Position numbers and translations under genes: made by a program
Notes under the pieces: model-generated
Database searches by the model: none
Seen by the model: only the letters and a program-made list of their open reading frames with translations
What the model was told of the DNA's origin: nothing
From: Eledone cirrhosa
Taxonomy: Eukaryota
NCBI GenBank assembly: GCA_964016885.1
Contig: OZ024742.1
Location: 293,694,001 to 293,758,000, forward strand
Length of the DNA stretch: 64,000 nt
Reading direction: 5' to 3'
Part shown: positions 38,074 through 51,385 of the stretch, piece after piece
Numbering within the stretch: the first letter of the stretch is position 1
How the letters are laid out: each line of letters opens with the position of its first letter

Positions 38074-40268
38074 ATGTAAGTGAGATGAGTCCCCATCCTG
38101 TCTGAGAGATCAGTAGTTCTGATTAAGTACTGACTTGGTCTGTGATGACCCATCCAACAGTTGCTACCAAGAAAACAAGACTAATGATGATAATGATTTT
38201 ACTATTTGAGATATTGTCACAGCATCTTGACAGACATAGTTGGCATCTGTAAAATAGTACCACAGGCAGGTAGACAGTAGGAAACCTATCAAATTGAAGA
38301 CTGAGTGGCCATTTTGTAATCTGGTTACAATAGCTTGAAGTGGTTGTTACAGCAAGAAGACGAAGCAAGAAGAGATCCTCTATGAGGTTGCTTAACTTGC
38401 TAGAAATAACATCATTTCCACACAGCATGAAGACATTGGATGGTCATGGCTGGAATGCTTTTAATTAAAAGTTCAAAAGTGCTAAAACAGCAGTGGCAGC
38501 AACATCATGATCACATCACCATCAGAGTATTTTAACTAATTACAAAGTTAAATCAGACAGACTGGGAGAGAGTAAAGTAAAATTACCCAAATTATCAAAC
38601 ATTCATTAGTCTCTTTTTTTTTAATTACATCTGTCATCTACTGACTGATACTTAGAATCAATAATTAGAAACCATTATTGAAAACAGTAACTCCAAAATA
38701 CATTGATTATTGCCTGTAATCAATCCATATAAAATATTTTTGTTTCAACACACATTATATAATTTGTAATGCATGGCCAGCCAAGACAACTGTTACACCT
38801 TTGGGGGTTTAAAATACAATAAATGGATTATCATAGCCCATTAGAAGGTGAGAGAGTAATAATGGTGTCAAAAAATACACTATTGTGATTTTTTTGTTCT
38901 TTATTTTCTATAAAATCTATTTCCATATAAATGTATTGAAACTATACATGACCTTGACAATTATAAAACAATCTCTAAATCTAAAAAAAAAAAAGCTATT
39001 TCCCTGGCATTTCTCACAATTTACATTCTAAAATTACAGACTTGCTACACTTTCTCTTGCCGTATGTAGTAGAGAGAGGTGGCAAATTAGCAGAGTCATT
39101 AGAACATCAGATAGAATACTGTATGGTATTCATTCCAGCTCTCTGAGTTCAAATCCTGCCAAGGTCAACTTTCCCTTTCATCCTTTCGAGATCGATAAAA
39201 AAAAAAGTACCAGTCAAGTACTGGGGTTGATTCTTCTCTCTCTGGATGGGCTCTGACAGGCTTAAAATGCCCAAGAAATGCTGTATGTCAATACGGCACT
39301 CCTACAACACTATCAGAAGTTACAGGATCATACATACATACATGTATGTTCACACTGATACCACTCAAACAGCAAGTATTGTTTGCTCATGATAAAATAC
39401 ACCCAGTATACACTGTAAAGTGGTAGTACTGGTGCCATGATAAAATACAACCAGTATACACTGTGAAGTGGTAGTACTGGTGCCATGATAAAATACACTC
39501 AGTAGACTCTGTAAAGTGACAGCACTGCTACCACAAGAAAATACACCTAGTACATTGTATGAAGTAGTGGGCATTCAGAAATAGAAACCAAACCATTATT
39601 ACAGAACAAATAAAAGTAAACTTGTGTTATACAAAAAATCAAAGGTTCATCGTATTTTAATCTCATTATGGTAAAGTAATAATATAAAATAATAATAATA
39701 ACATAATAATATGATATATTCCACATTTGGTACAGTATTAACTCATTAACAAATCTAATTGGATTTTATGAGGAAGAGGAGTAGTAGAAAGAGGAGGAAG
39801 AAGACATAATTAGTTTGTTGTTGATAATAATCCCCAAAGTACCAGTGACAGTCAACTTAATTAGTTCACTCTACTCTAACTTCCAAATTGTTTCTTAGTA
39901 CTACCCCTAACTACACAGCTGTATACACACGCACACACACACACATATATATATATGCACACACACGCACACATACATATATATATATACATACCTACAC
40001 ATATATTAAGCTAGTTGCTGTCAATATCCACAGAGTACAAACCAATGTACAAATGACACTACACATAATATCGTCACCACTGTTTTTAGATCAACTTTTA
40101 CATGATGACAAGGGTTAAACAAGATATCTTTTAGGTAGTACTGCATAGTCAAACACCCTTCCAGATATCAAGCCATACTGTATTATTAAGTATGGCACTC
40201 CATTTATCTTTGTTGAACTACAAAGCTATCAGATATTGTATATGTGGAACATGATGTTACCCCTTGCT

Positions 40269-41049
40269 TTAACCCTTTAGTTACCAATCTGACCAAAACC
40301 GGTTCTGGTTCTATGAAATAAAACCACCCATTTTAAAGGTTTCCAATTTAAATTAAAATCTTCCAACATAATTTTATATAAGAACATTACATTAAGTTAA
40401 TATCTTAGAAATGAAATAATTAATAACTTTAGTAATTCCCTCGAAATTCTTCATTAATTAATTAAAATAGAGTGTATTTCATTAGAAAAATCGTCATGAA
40501 AGGGTTAACCATTTAACATTTAAACTGGTTGTATCCGGCCAGAATTCTCTCATCTCTTCCTGTTCAAACCAGCCATAAATAGCTGCTCATACTTATGTTA
40601 AGATATTGTTCTCGAAATAAATAATGTCAAAATCTCCTAAATTCAATATTATGAGAGAATAATTTACAATAGTAAATATATAGAGAATGGAGGCACATGG
40701 CTTATTGGTTAGAGCAGTGGCCTTGCAATCGAAAGGTTGTGAGTTCAATTCTCAGACCGGGTGATGTGTTGTTTCCTTGAGCAAGGCGCTTTATTTCACA
40801 TTGCTCCAGTTTACTCAGCTGTAGAAATGAGATGATAGGGACCGGGGTCCCTATCATTCCACTGCAAAGTGGTCGTGGAGGTGCCACGGCAAAAAAGCAC
40901 CCAGCACTCACTGTAAATGAGGTTGGTGTTAGGAAGGGCATCCAGCTGTAGAAAGCAAGCCAGAATCAGTTCCCGCCCCACCCTTGCAAGCAGGGAAAAG
41001 TGGACGTAAAATGAAATGATGATGATAATGATGAATGCTAAAGGGTTAA
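40269..41049. mobile_element. MITE P2 (40269-40508) and MITE P1 (40505-41049) sharing one TTAA; P1 is interrupted by a SINE
   Basis: Junction AAAGGG-TTAA-CCATTTAAC; P1 resumes after the SINE with AATGCTAAAGGGTTAA. Confidence 0.85.
40688..41033 (+). mobile_element. Full-length tRNA/CORE-like SINE with an RTE-related body and the family C tail
   Basis: A and B boxes, CORE-like TCCTTGAGCAAGGCGCTTTA, hairpin ATGATAGGGACC/GGTCCCTATCAT, and tail CCCACCCTTGCAAGCAGGGAAAAGTGGACGTAAAATG(ATG)n. Confidence 0.92.
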
Positions 41050-41433
41050 GCAATGTCAGTATGAAGATGCATAGAGACATAGTATCCAAAAAAAATATAT
41101 ACACACTTTGATTACCTGTACAGGCAATATTTATTAGAATGCTGTTGAAGTGTGTATACATTTTTTGGAGGACACCTTGTATATGACAGACTTCCATACG
41201 TTTTCCATATATCAAATTCCACTCATAAGACATTGGTCATCCTAAGGATTTAGAAGACACTTGCACAAGGTGTCATGCAGTAGAATCAAACTGAAACCCA
41301 AACCAACATTGTGATGCTAACTTCTTAACCACATTAGTCATGCCTGCGCCTACATGTTTACATGTTGATATAGAAAACTGAATGCAAATGTCTGACAATA
41401 TAAAACTAGAATTAAACTCCACACATATGTAGA

Positions 41434-41995
41434 CCACCAGTCAGCAAAATAATTGTTTCTACTTTTGGCACAAGGCCATCAATTACCCAGTGCATTACTG
41501 GTACTTTATTTTATCGACCCCGTAAGGATGAAAGGCAAAGTTAACCTTGGCGGGATTTGAACTCAGAATGGCAAGGGTCGTAACTCTATGCTGCAAAGCA
41601 TGGCGTCAGACCCTCTAACGATTCTGCCAAGTCACTGCCCTCCACCAGTCAACAAAATAATTGTTTCTACTTTAGGCACAAGGCCAGCAATTATCGCAGT
41701 GCATTACTGGTACTTTATTTTATCGACCCCGTAAGGATGAAAGGCAAAGTCAACCTCGGCGGGATTTGAACTCAGAATGGCAAGGGTCGTAACTCTATGC
41801 TGCAAAGCATGGCGTCAGACCCTCTAACGATTCTGCCAAGTCACTGCCCTCCACCAGTCAACAAAATAATTGTTTCTACTTTAGGCACAAGGCCAGCAAT
41901 TATCGCAGTGCATTACTGGTACTTTATTTTATCGACCCCGTAAGGATGAAAGGCAAAGTCAACCTCGGCGGGATTTGAACAGTCAACAAAATAAT
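41434..41995 (-). mobile_element. Tandem trimer of Meta-like SINE separated by a repeated target sequence
   Basis: (CCAC)CAGTCA(A/G)CAAAATAAT at 41434, 41642, 41851 and 41980. Confidence 0.93.
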
Positions 41996-42411
41996 GCCAG
42001 GTAGGAAATAACAGTAAAAGTGTCATTTAAATAAAAGTCAGGAAGTAGAGAAAAATATTTTTATTACATAGTGAAGGAGGTGGTATAAGAGGGGGAAGGG
42101 GAGGAGGTGATAAAGGAAGGGGAAGGAGAGGAAGTGACAGATGAGGTGGGAGAGGGTAGATGGAGGAGGTGGTAAAGGAAGTAGAAGGAGGGTAGGTGGA
42201 GGAGGAAGAAGGAGGAGATTACGAGAGGGAAGAGAAGAAAAGGTAAATAATGAAGAATTCAAATCAATAACTCTTCTTAAAGAGAAAGAAAGAACAAAGA
42301 AATATTCTTTTGTTCATTATTGAGAAATATTTTTTTTTCTATGGATTAAAAGTGAAAAACGTGGGACTGTTTAGTTATAGAGGTAGAGTAAACAATCCCC
42401 AGGATGTCAGG

Positions 42412-43155
42412 AATATATAAAGAAGAGAGAGAGAGATAGTAGAAGTTTGAGAGGATAGTGTGAGAGGTATATATAAAGAAGAGAGAGAGAGATAGTAGAA
42501 GTTTGAGAGGATAGTGTGAGAAGTATATATAAGGAAGAGAGAGAGAGAGAGAGATAGAAGTTTGAGAGGATAGTGTGAGAAGTATATATAAGGAAGAGAG
42601 AGAGAGAGATAGTAGAAGTTTGAGAGGATAGTGTGAGAGGTATATATAAAGAAGAGAGAGAGAGATAGTAGAAGTTTGAGAGGATAGTGTGAGAAGTATA
42701 TATAAGGAAGAGAGAGAGAGAGAGATAGTAGAAGTTTGAGAGGATAGTATGAGAGGTATATATATAAAGAAGAGAGAGAGAGATAGTAGAAGTTTGAGAG
42801 GATAGTGTGAGAAGTATATATAAGGAAGAGAGAGAGAGAGAGATAGTAGAAGTTTGAGAGGATAGTATGAGAGGTATATATAAAGAAGAGAGAGAGAGAT
42901 AGTAGAAGTTTGAGAGGATAGTGTGAGAGGTATATATAAGGAAGAGAGAGAGAGATAGATGTTTGAGAGGATAGTGTGAGAGGTATATATAAGGAAGAGA
43001 GAGAGAGATAGTAGATGTTTGAGAGGATAGTGTGAGAGGTATATATAAGGAAGAGAGAGAGAGAGAGAGAGATGTTTGAGAGGATAGTGTGAGAGGTATA
43101 TATAAGGAAGAGAGAGAGAGAGATAGTAGGTGTTTGAGAGGATAGTGTAAGAGGC
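42412..43155. repeat. ~57-60-bp minisatellite with an internal variable (GA)n
   Basis: About 13 units of GTTTGAGAGGATAGTGTGAGAGGTATATATAAGGAA(GA)nTAGTAGAA. Confidence 0.95.
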
Positions 43156-43961
43156 AAATAGTTGAAAGACCTGTAGTTGACATTGTCATTGGCACTGTCA
43201 AGGATATGGTAACCTCTCTAGTGGTGGTGCCACAATAAAATACACCCAGTACATTCTGAAAAGTGGTTGGAGATTGAATAGAGACAATGTAGGATGAAGA
43301 AAACTAAACCATCCCAAGACTACACCAACTTCTTTAGTCTTTGTCTTCTTGCACTTACTCAATGAGGCTGGAGTTATCCTAGGTCAGTGATCTCAGAGGT
43401 ATAATCATGCGAAGAGCTGAACTCTTTATACTGGTGCCATAATAAAATATTCCTAGTATTCTCTGCAATGTGGTTGGAATTAGCAAAGGCATCCAGCCAT
43501 AGAAAGCATGCCAAAATTAGAATATATGAGTGAGAAGTGGTTCTCTGACCTTGTCTAGGAGAATAATAACTCCAGATTAGAACTGACTAGAAATATAACC
43601 ACCTATCTAACTCATGCCAATAGAAAGTAGATGTAAAATGGTGGTGGTGGTAATGATGATGATGGTGGTGATGATAAGGTGAAAAGTTGAGTAAAATCTA
43701 TATACCATGTATCCTCATGTATAGGTCTTACCTTTTCCCCCAACAAATATATGAAAAACCAGCATAGCTCTTATCTACTGTGCTTTGAAAAGCTCAATTC
43801 AAAATCTATGGTAAGTACATAACAAATGCTGTATGTAAAATGGAGGTGTGACTTATCTATCAATGCAACATATGCACAAGCATATATAGCATTTGAAATA
43901 AAATTCACTCTGAGAGTACATATTAGGTGTCTTTAGCAATAATTTAATGTTAATGCCACAT

Positions 43962-44175
43962 ATCATCATCATCATCCGGCAGCCTCAGCCAAATCTCTGG
44001 AGATGACATCAGGGCAAAAGAGCTTGCGCCCCTTGTTATTAGTGACTGTTTGTGGTTTCCAAAGCACTAATGGGGACACATCCTCATAGGTGGCACGGTG
44101 GAAGTGGCCAGCAAATCTTACTCCACTCTTACGTACAACAGATATGTGTGGGAGGCTGGCATATATCCCTTTCAA
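43962..44175 (-). mobile_element. Older RTE/RTEX-like LINE 3' fragment (family F)
   Basis: IYASLPHISVVRKSGVRFAGHFHR..LVLWKP..GRK..DVISRD followed by (GAT)n. Confidence 0.65.
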
Positions 44176-44713
44176 AGGCAGATGTCACCAGCTTATGTTC
44201 TGAATGCACTGAAGCAGGCGAGTGTATGTGCCATTAAGGTGCTTTTGTTATTTGGATGAAAGCGTCCATGTTTCACTTCCATATAGCAAGTAATATGTTT
44301 CCTGCCGCTTACTCTCTCATCTCACTCCATCATTTCCACACCAGATGCCACAATAAGCATCCAAATGTAATGAGGTATGCCATTTTCTGCACTAGCATGG
44401 GTTAAACAAGTTATCCCATTGTGGGACAAGTCAGAGCAGGTGACCATATCTTAACCATACAGAACTGTTTCTGGTTTAGTTTCTACAATGGATGTCCTTC
44501 CTAGTGCCAACCACATTTCCAGTGTGGACTGGGTGCTTTATTGTGGGACTAAAGTGACCAATTGGACTGGGTACTTTTTCATCGTGTCACCAGCACGACC
44601 ACCTTAGAGTGTGGGCTGGACGCTTTTTTGTTGTGTCACCAACAAGACCACCTTATATGGTGGGCTGGGTGCTTTTTGTGTTACCAACATGACCACTTTA
44701 TTTATATATATAT

Positions 44714-44905
44714 AGGGCGGTGGATTGGCAGTATCAGTAGAGGGTCAGACGCTATACTTTGCAGCAAAGAGTTACAGCCCTTTATGATCTGAGGTCAAAT
44801 CCCGCCGAGGTTAACTTTGCCTTTCATCCTTACAGAGTCAATAAAATAAAGTACCAGTAATACACTGGGGTAATTGCTGGCTTTGTGCTAAAAGTAGAAA
44901 CATTT
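44714..44905 (+). mobile_element. Full-length Meta-like SINE
   Basis: Runs from GGGCGGTGGATTGGCAG to AGTAGAAACATTTATT. Confidence 0.88.
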
Positions 44906-44927
44906 ATTTATATATATATATATATAT

Positions 44928-47880
44928 ATCATCATCATCACCGTTTTACGTCCGTTCTTCCACGCTAGCATGGGTTAGACGGGTTGTCCTGTTGTGGGCA
45001 GTGTCTGGTCGGCTGACCATGCCTTGCTCATACAGGAACTGATTTGGCTTGATTTCTACAGCTGGATGCCCTTCCTAACACCAACTTCATTTACAGTGAG
45101 TGCTGGGTGCTTTTTCGTGACGCCTACACGTCCACTTTACAGTGTGGGCTGGGTGCTTTTTTGCCGTGGCACCTCCACGACCACCTTGCGGTGGGGGGTG
45201 TGGGGGCATATTGTCTATATGCTTCAGTTTGTACCCATGGGAGGTCGGGTACTCTGTATTACTGCGTGACGCCAGAGGTCACGGTCGTGTGTCATCACCT
45301 TTGAGAGGTGTAATTGGGTAAGGTCGGCTTTTATCACCTCATCCCAAGTCATCTTGGGTCTCCCCACTCCGCGGTTTCCATCGATTTCTAGTGCTCTGCA
45401 CCTTTTATGCAGCTGTCATCCTTCATACGCATCACATGTCCATACCAGCGCAACCGCCTCTCCTGCACACAGCATTTGATTCCTCTTATGCTCAGTCTCT
45501 CTCTCAATTCATTTATGCTTTGTCGTTCGCGTATATTACTGTTACACATCCATCGGAGTATGTAGGCTTCGTTTCTCTCTAATCTACGTAAGTTTGCATT
45601 TGGAGCAGAGAATGGAGTTCCTACCTACACCTTTCCTACATACTGAGCAAGGCCATTTCCCTGAGGGGATTTGGGTTCTGTTTTCTCGTCTACTTACAAG
45701 GACCTTAGTCTTTGTCATGTTGACTTTGAGACCCTTTCTTTCTAGTCCCTGCTTCCAAGTTTGGAATTCCTTCTCTAGTTCTACCATAGATTCAGCTATA
45801 AGTGCGAGGTCATCAGCATACAGGAGTTCCCATGGGCATCCGGTCTTAAACTCCTCCGTTATTGCCTGCAGGACTATGATGAACAGGAGGGGGCTAAGAA
45901 CAGAGCCCTGGTGGACCCCAACCTGTACGCTAAATTCCTCGCGATACTCATTGCTAATCCTAACTTTGCTGACTGCTCCCCTATACATGGCTTGTACCGC
46001 TTTCACAAGCCATTCATCTACTCCTAGTTTTCTAAGAGCCCACCAGATTACAGCACGTGGAACTCTGTCAAAGGCTTTCTCAAGGTCGACAAATGCCAGG
46101 TGAGAGTGGCTTACTTTTAGCTAGGTACTTTTCCTGTAACTGCCTCACAAGGAAGAGGGCATCAGTGGTGCCTCTTCCTGGTACAAACCCAAATTGCATC
46201 TCGTCTAGTTTCACCCGGTCCCTAATCAACTGTGTAATAACTCTTACTGTTATTTTCATGACCTGGTCCATCAGCTTTATACCTCTATAGTTTCCTCTAT
46301 CTAGTGCATCACCTTTACCTTTGTAGCAGTTGACAATGATGCTACTGCACCAATCTTTTGGTATGACACCTAGTATTAACTGGTTAACAATACGTGTGGT
46401 TATAGTGTGACCTACAGACCCAGATGCCTTCAGCATCTCGGCAGCTATACCGGATGGACCGGTTGCCTTCCCCATCGTCATATCTTTGATTGCCTTACTA
46501 CGTTGCTGCTGACTTGTACTGCTGGCCCCTCTATAGGGTCTACTTGGGGTATGGTCTCTTCTTCCCATGCATTCTCCTCATTTAGTAATCTATCATAATA
46601 ACTCTTCCATGCATCTTTCTTCTCAGCACTTGTGAGGGCAAGCTCACCTTTATCATTCCGGATACACTTCTCTCCAATGACATCACAACTTTCTCTGACA
46701 CACTGCCTCGCAATCTTGAACACCTGTTTCTGGTCCTCACATTGCAAAACATGCTTGAATTTTCTATCCTCTGCTTCCCTCCTAGCTAAGTATACTTGTT
46801 GCCTAGCTTCCCTCTTGGTCTCTATGTAATGTACCCTCCTCCCCCCGTTCTTCCATGCCTGTCTCTTGGCCTTAACTGCCTCATTTACCTTATTGTTCCA
46901 CCACCAAGTCACTCTCCTCCTGCTTGAGGTCTTACTCCAGCCACAGACCTCATCCGTCGCCTCTAGTAAGTTAATTTTTAGGAACTCCCAGTTCTCTTCT
47001 ACATTGAATGTCTCTATCTGTTCTTTACTGTCGTAGGCGTTGAGTAAAATATCTTTAAATCTGTTACTGGTTTAGGGGTCTTTCAGCTTCCAGATCTTTC
47101 TTCTCCAGGTTGGCCTCTGTTTCCAGGTTCGTCTAGTTCTGACTGTGAGGTCGCTGACAACTAGGCTATGTTGGGTTGTACATTCCTCACTAGGGAAGGC
47201 TTTTGTGTTTACGACCGTCCATCTGTCACGTCCTCTGATGAGGATAAAATCTATCTGACTAGAGTGCTCCCCTGATCTATAGGTGATCAGGTGGTTGTCA
47301 GGATTTTTAAAGTTTGTGTTACATATCGACATGTCATTGGCGTCGCAGAATTCTAGAAGTCTGAATCCTTCTTCATTTCTTGTGCCAACCCCATGGCTTC
47401 CATGGACTCTATTGAAGCCGTCGCAGTGTTTACCTACGTGTCCGTTAAAATCTCCTGCGATGATTAGGAAGTCATTGTCGTCTGATAGAGCAGTAGTGTG
47501 TATTAGGGACTATCCTTAAGTTCGTCTGGCAGCCCCGATTGGGGTACGTAAGCTGATATTATTGTGGTAATTGTTATATTCAGGACTAGTCTGAGTTTAA
47601 TGATTCTTGCATTTACCCTGTACACTGAGATTACTTTATCTACCCACTTGTCAGCTAGTAGTATACCTACACCACCCATCCCATCGTCATTTCCCACCCA
47701 GAAAAATTTGTAGCACCGACTTTTTCCTACAAAGACTCTAGCAGACTCTCCTCTCCATCTAGTCTCTTGCACACAGCATACATCAACTTCCTTTCGCTCT
47801 AGCATTTCTACGATTTCTCCTGCTCTTCCTGTCATTGAGCCTACATTGATGGTACCAACTCGGAGTTTTGGGCATTTGTT
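44928..47880 (-). mobile_element. Near full-length RTE LINE family A (APE endonuclease + RT), inactivated by frameshifts, stops and an ~0.36-kb deletion at ~45593
   Basis: APE motifs GTINVGS, VQETRW, SAYVPQ, GDFNGHVG and QIDFIL; RT motifs YKGKGD..NYRGIKL, QGSVLSPLLF and YADDL. (TA)n on both flanks. Confidence 0.96.
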
Positions 47881-47928
47881 ATATATATATATATATACAC
47901 ACATACATATAAATTAATTTTCCTATTT

Positions 47929-47959
<31 letters not shown>

Positions 47960-49622
47960 AGAAAATTAATTTTGGCTGAAACATAAAAATTAATCTTTAC
48001 GCATCAACTATACTAAATGAAATTATTAGACCTGTCTAGTCAACCAATCAAATTATTAGACCTATCTAGCCAACCAATGAAATTACACCAACCTCCAACC
48101 GTCAAATATCCTTTTTTAATTAGTAAAACTGTAGAAAAGGAAATAAGTTGAGTAGAGGAAACATTATTTAGCCAGAAAAACCTTGGTTCACTGATAACAT
48201 ACTGACATTATTAATTGGTTTTTGTGTAACAATGAGAAAGATTTACAGGAAGTTGGTAAAAGAGTGAAGGTTAACTCACTAACAATACCTAACCTCATTC
48301 AGGTGGTTCCTATCATTAAAAATAAAATATAAGAAAGAAAGTAATATATATTGGAGAACAAGCATTTCTAGCTCTTTGGTTTTATTATTCTTTTGATATT
48401 TTTGCATTAATACTCTGTGTGTGTGTCTGTCTGGCTGTGTGTGTCAGTGGTGTGTGTGTGCGTGTGTGTGCATTTTGTGTGTGTGTGTGTATGCCTCTAC
48501 GTGTGTGTGTGTGTGCGTGTTTGGTGTGTGTCTGTGTGGTTTAGAATAGGTACTGTAACATCACATATCACTGAGTCATAAGAGATGCTTAAAAGGTTTG
48601 ACATCAGGAAGAGCATCAAACAATAAAATATTACTTCCATAAGAACCGCCACTATGAGTATGAAACCTGTAATGAGGCCCTCATGTCTAACCCATGCTTG
48701 TTGTAATTATTTTTTTAAGAAGTCCACTTTGTAATCACAAGGTTCTGAGTTCAATCCTAGTATGTGGCATCTTAAGCAAGTGTCATTTACCATATCTTCA
48801 GGTTGACTAAAGCCTTTTAAGTGAAATTAGACAAACTGTTTGGAAACCCATTTTATGGACTTGTAATTCAGAAGTCTAGCTTTGTTATAAACAGTGTTAT
48901 GTTGAATAAAGTGAAGGTACATAGCTAAGTGGTTAGGGGTGTTGGACTCACCATCATAAGTTCATGGGTATATTCCCTGGGCCAAGTGAGTGCATCATGT
49001 TCTTGAGCAAAATGCTTCATTTTACATTGCTTTCCGTGATAAGACTGAGCTCCTTATGATTAAAACAAATATGAGAAACCTGTGAGATGAAACCTCAAAA
49101 GAGGCCAGCTAAACTTGCATATAGGTGTGTTTAATATCTCAGATAAATTATATTAAGGGTTGATGTGTGTGGAATACTCAGCCGTTTAATGAGTGTTCTG
49201 TTGACTGAGGTTCATTTATATTTTTTTAGTTTAAGTTACTGAGTCTCTTAATACTCAAACTAAAATGTTTGAAGGTGGTACCCCAATATGTCCTCAGTCT
49301 AATGACTGAAACCTGTGCGTTTCAGTGTATGTGTGTAGTTTGGAGAACATTTGTGTTTACAATCTGAGAGAAAAAGTACTTAATTCATAAATCAGACTGT
49401 GTATATTTTATTAGAAGCTGAAGCTTCTTGAATCTTCTCTGATTCAACGTTTAAAGTAGGGAAACCAAGTGACGATATACCAGCAAAATATTCACAAACA
49501 CATCAAAATATGATTAATTCGCAGTACAAAGGGTATTAATCAGTTACAGAGAAGACCTTTAGAAAATGCATCAACCAGTCATTCATTTAATTGTGATGCA
49601 CAGAATGCATGTTTTGTTATAA

Positions 49623-50160
49623 TTAACCCTTTTGATACCAAACCATTTGAAACTGCTCCTGATTTTATAATACAAAACTGTTTTAAAGTGTTTATATTTA
49701 TCTTAAGACCTATCATAATTTTATGTAAGAACCTTTCTTAAACACCAGCTTAATAATAAAGTTATATTACTAAATACTTCCAAATTCATGATTATTTTTA
49801 AATTATTTTAAAATCTAAAAACCTTTCATAATTTTATGTAAGACCCTTTTTAAAGTTATATTCCAAACTTCAGCTTAATAATGAGAAAGCTAATTATATT
49901 ACAAAAACCTTCCAAATTCTTCATTATTTCAAAATGTTTTTAAACATATAGGCAATGTCTTTCATTAAAAACATGGTAATGCCAGTGCTTATATTTATCT
50001 TAAAACTTTTTGTCATAATTTTATGTAAAAACCTGTTAAATAATGTTCCAAACACCAGCTTAATAAGAAGAAAGTCATATTACTAAACCCCTCCAAATTG
50101 ATTATTTCAAAATCATATGTAGTGTCTTTTATTAGAAATATGGTAACGAAGGGGGTTAAA
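49623..50160. mobile_element. P2-related TTAA MITE with internal tandem duplications
   Basis: TTAACCCTTTTGATACC...GGTAACGAAGGGGGTTAA; three internal repeats of CATAATTTTATGTAA...CAGCTTAATAA. Confidence 0.65.
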
Positions 50161-50539
50161 TATCCATTTGGTCTCAAGTATATGGCAACACACTATTGAA
50201 TAAGAATTTCAATGTAGATTAGGTCAGAGGAAATTACATAGCAGAAGTAATTCACAGAGAGCATACAGTTCAAGTTGAGTTTCTGCTTGATGAAATCTAA
50301 TCCAAACTACAGAAGTATTTCATAGCCAATTGATTCCTGCTAATAGATTCATTCAAGAAATACACCATTCAATATCAGACATTATTATGACAAATGCAGT
50401 TTCCAAAAGAAATATAGATTTTCAGCTGGGAGAATAGCATTGTTTAATCAAACGTACAGTCAACATACTAAGTGCATGTTGATTATGTTTAATAAGCTTT
50501 TATATATATATATATATATATATAGCCTTCTGTAACACA

Positions 50540-50578
<39 letters not shown>

Positions 50579-50606
50579 TATATGTAATGCAGTGTGCTAC
50601 AGAAGG

Positions 50607-50638
<32 letters not shown>

Positions 50639-51385
50639 CCTTCTGTAACACATATATTATATATAAATATATATATGTAATGCAGTGTGCTACAGAAAGC
50701 TATAGCAATGCAGATGAAGCATTGTATATCAATAATAAAGAAATATAATAGAAATAATAATTGTAGAAATAATAATAGAAAAGTGGTGTAGTTTGCTTGG
50801 AACATTATTGAATAAGTAGAACAGTGTGTTATAGTAGGTTATAACAATGTACATAGATATAAATAACATTAAAAAAGATACTGAAATTGTAGCTGAGAAA
50901 TATTTGGTTAGTTTTTATATTTCAAGTAAAATATTCCTTTACAAAGGTGATAAGAAAACAAGAGAAACGTGTGTGTGTGGGGGGGGGGGGGGGGGGTTTG
51001 TATATCTATTAAGTTGGCATACTGATTCATTGCGGGTCTTGTAATCCCCCCCTCTCTAGATCACTTACATTCCTAAACAACACTGCTGTATCAAATGCAA
51101 ATCATGCATGGCCACACACAGTCTAATGAATAAAACCAGTAAAAGAATAACATATATATATTCAATATTGGAAAAACAAATATATTAGAAAAAAGTCAAG
51201 AATATGAAATTATATTTATTCTGAAGACTAATGTGCATAGAGCTTCTCTCATCTTAGCAAAGAAAATAGTGACGTACTACACTATAATCACATATATTTA
51301 TATACATATATATGTATATATATAGAAAAAGAGGTTTTTTTTTATAAAAAAAAAAAAAAAACGAGATGTCCTACATGGGTGAAAG

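Noticed and set aside
40688-40765. tRNA gene
   Set aside because: A and B boxes are present but there is no full cloverleaf, and it continues into a multi-copy SINE body.
42375-43201. 260-aa repetitive ORFs
   Set aside because: Translation of a minisatellite with variable (GA)n that shifts frame between units.
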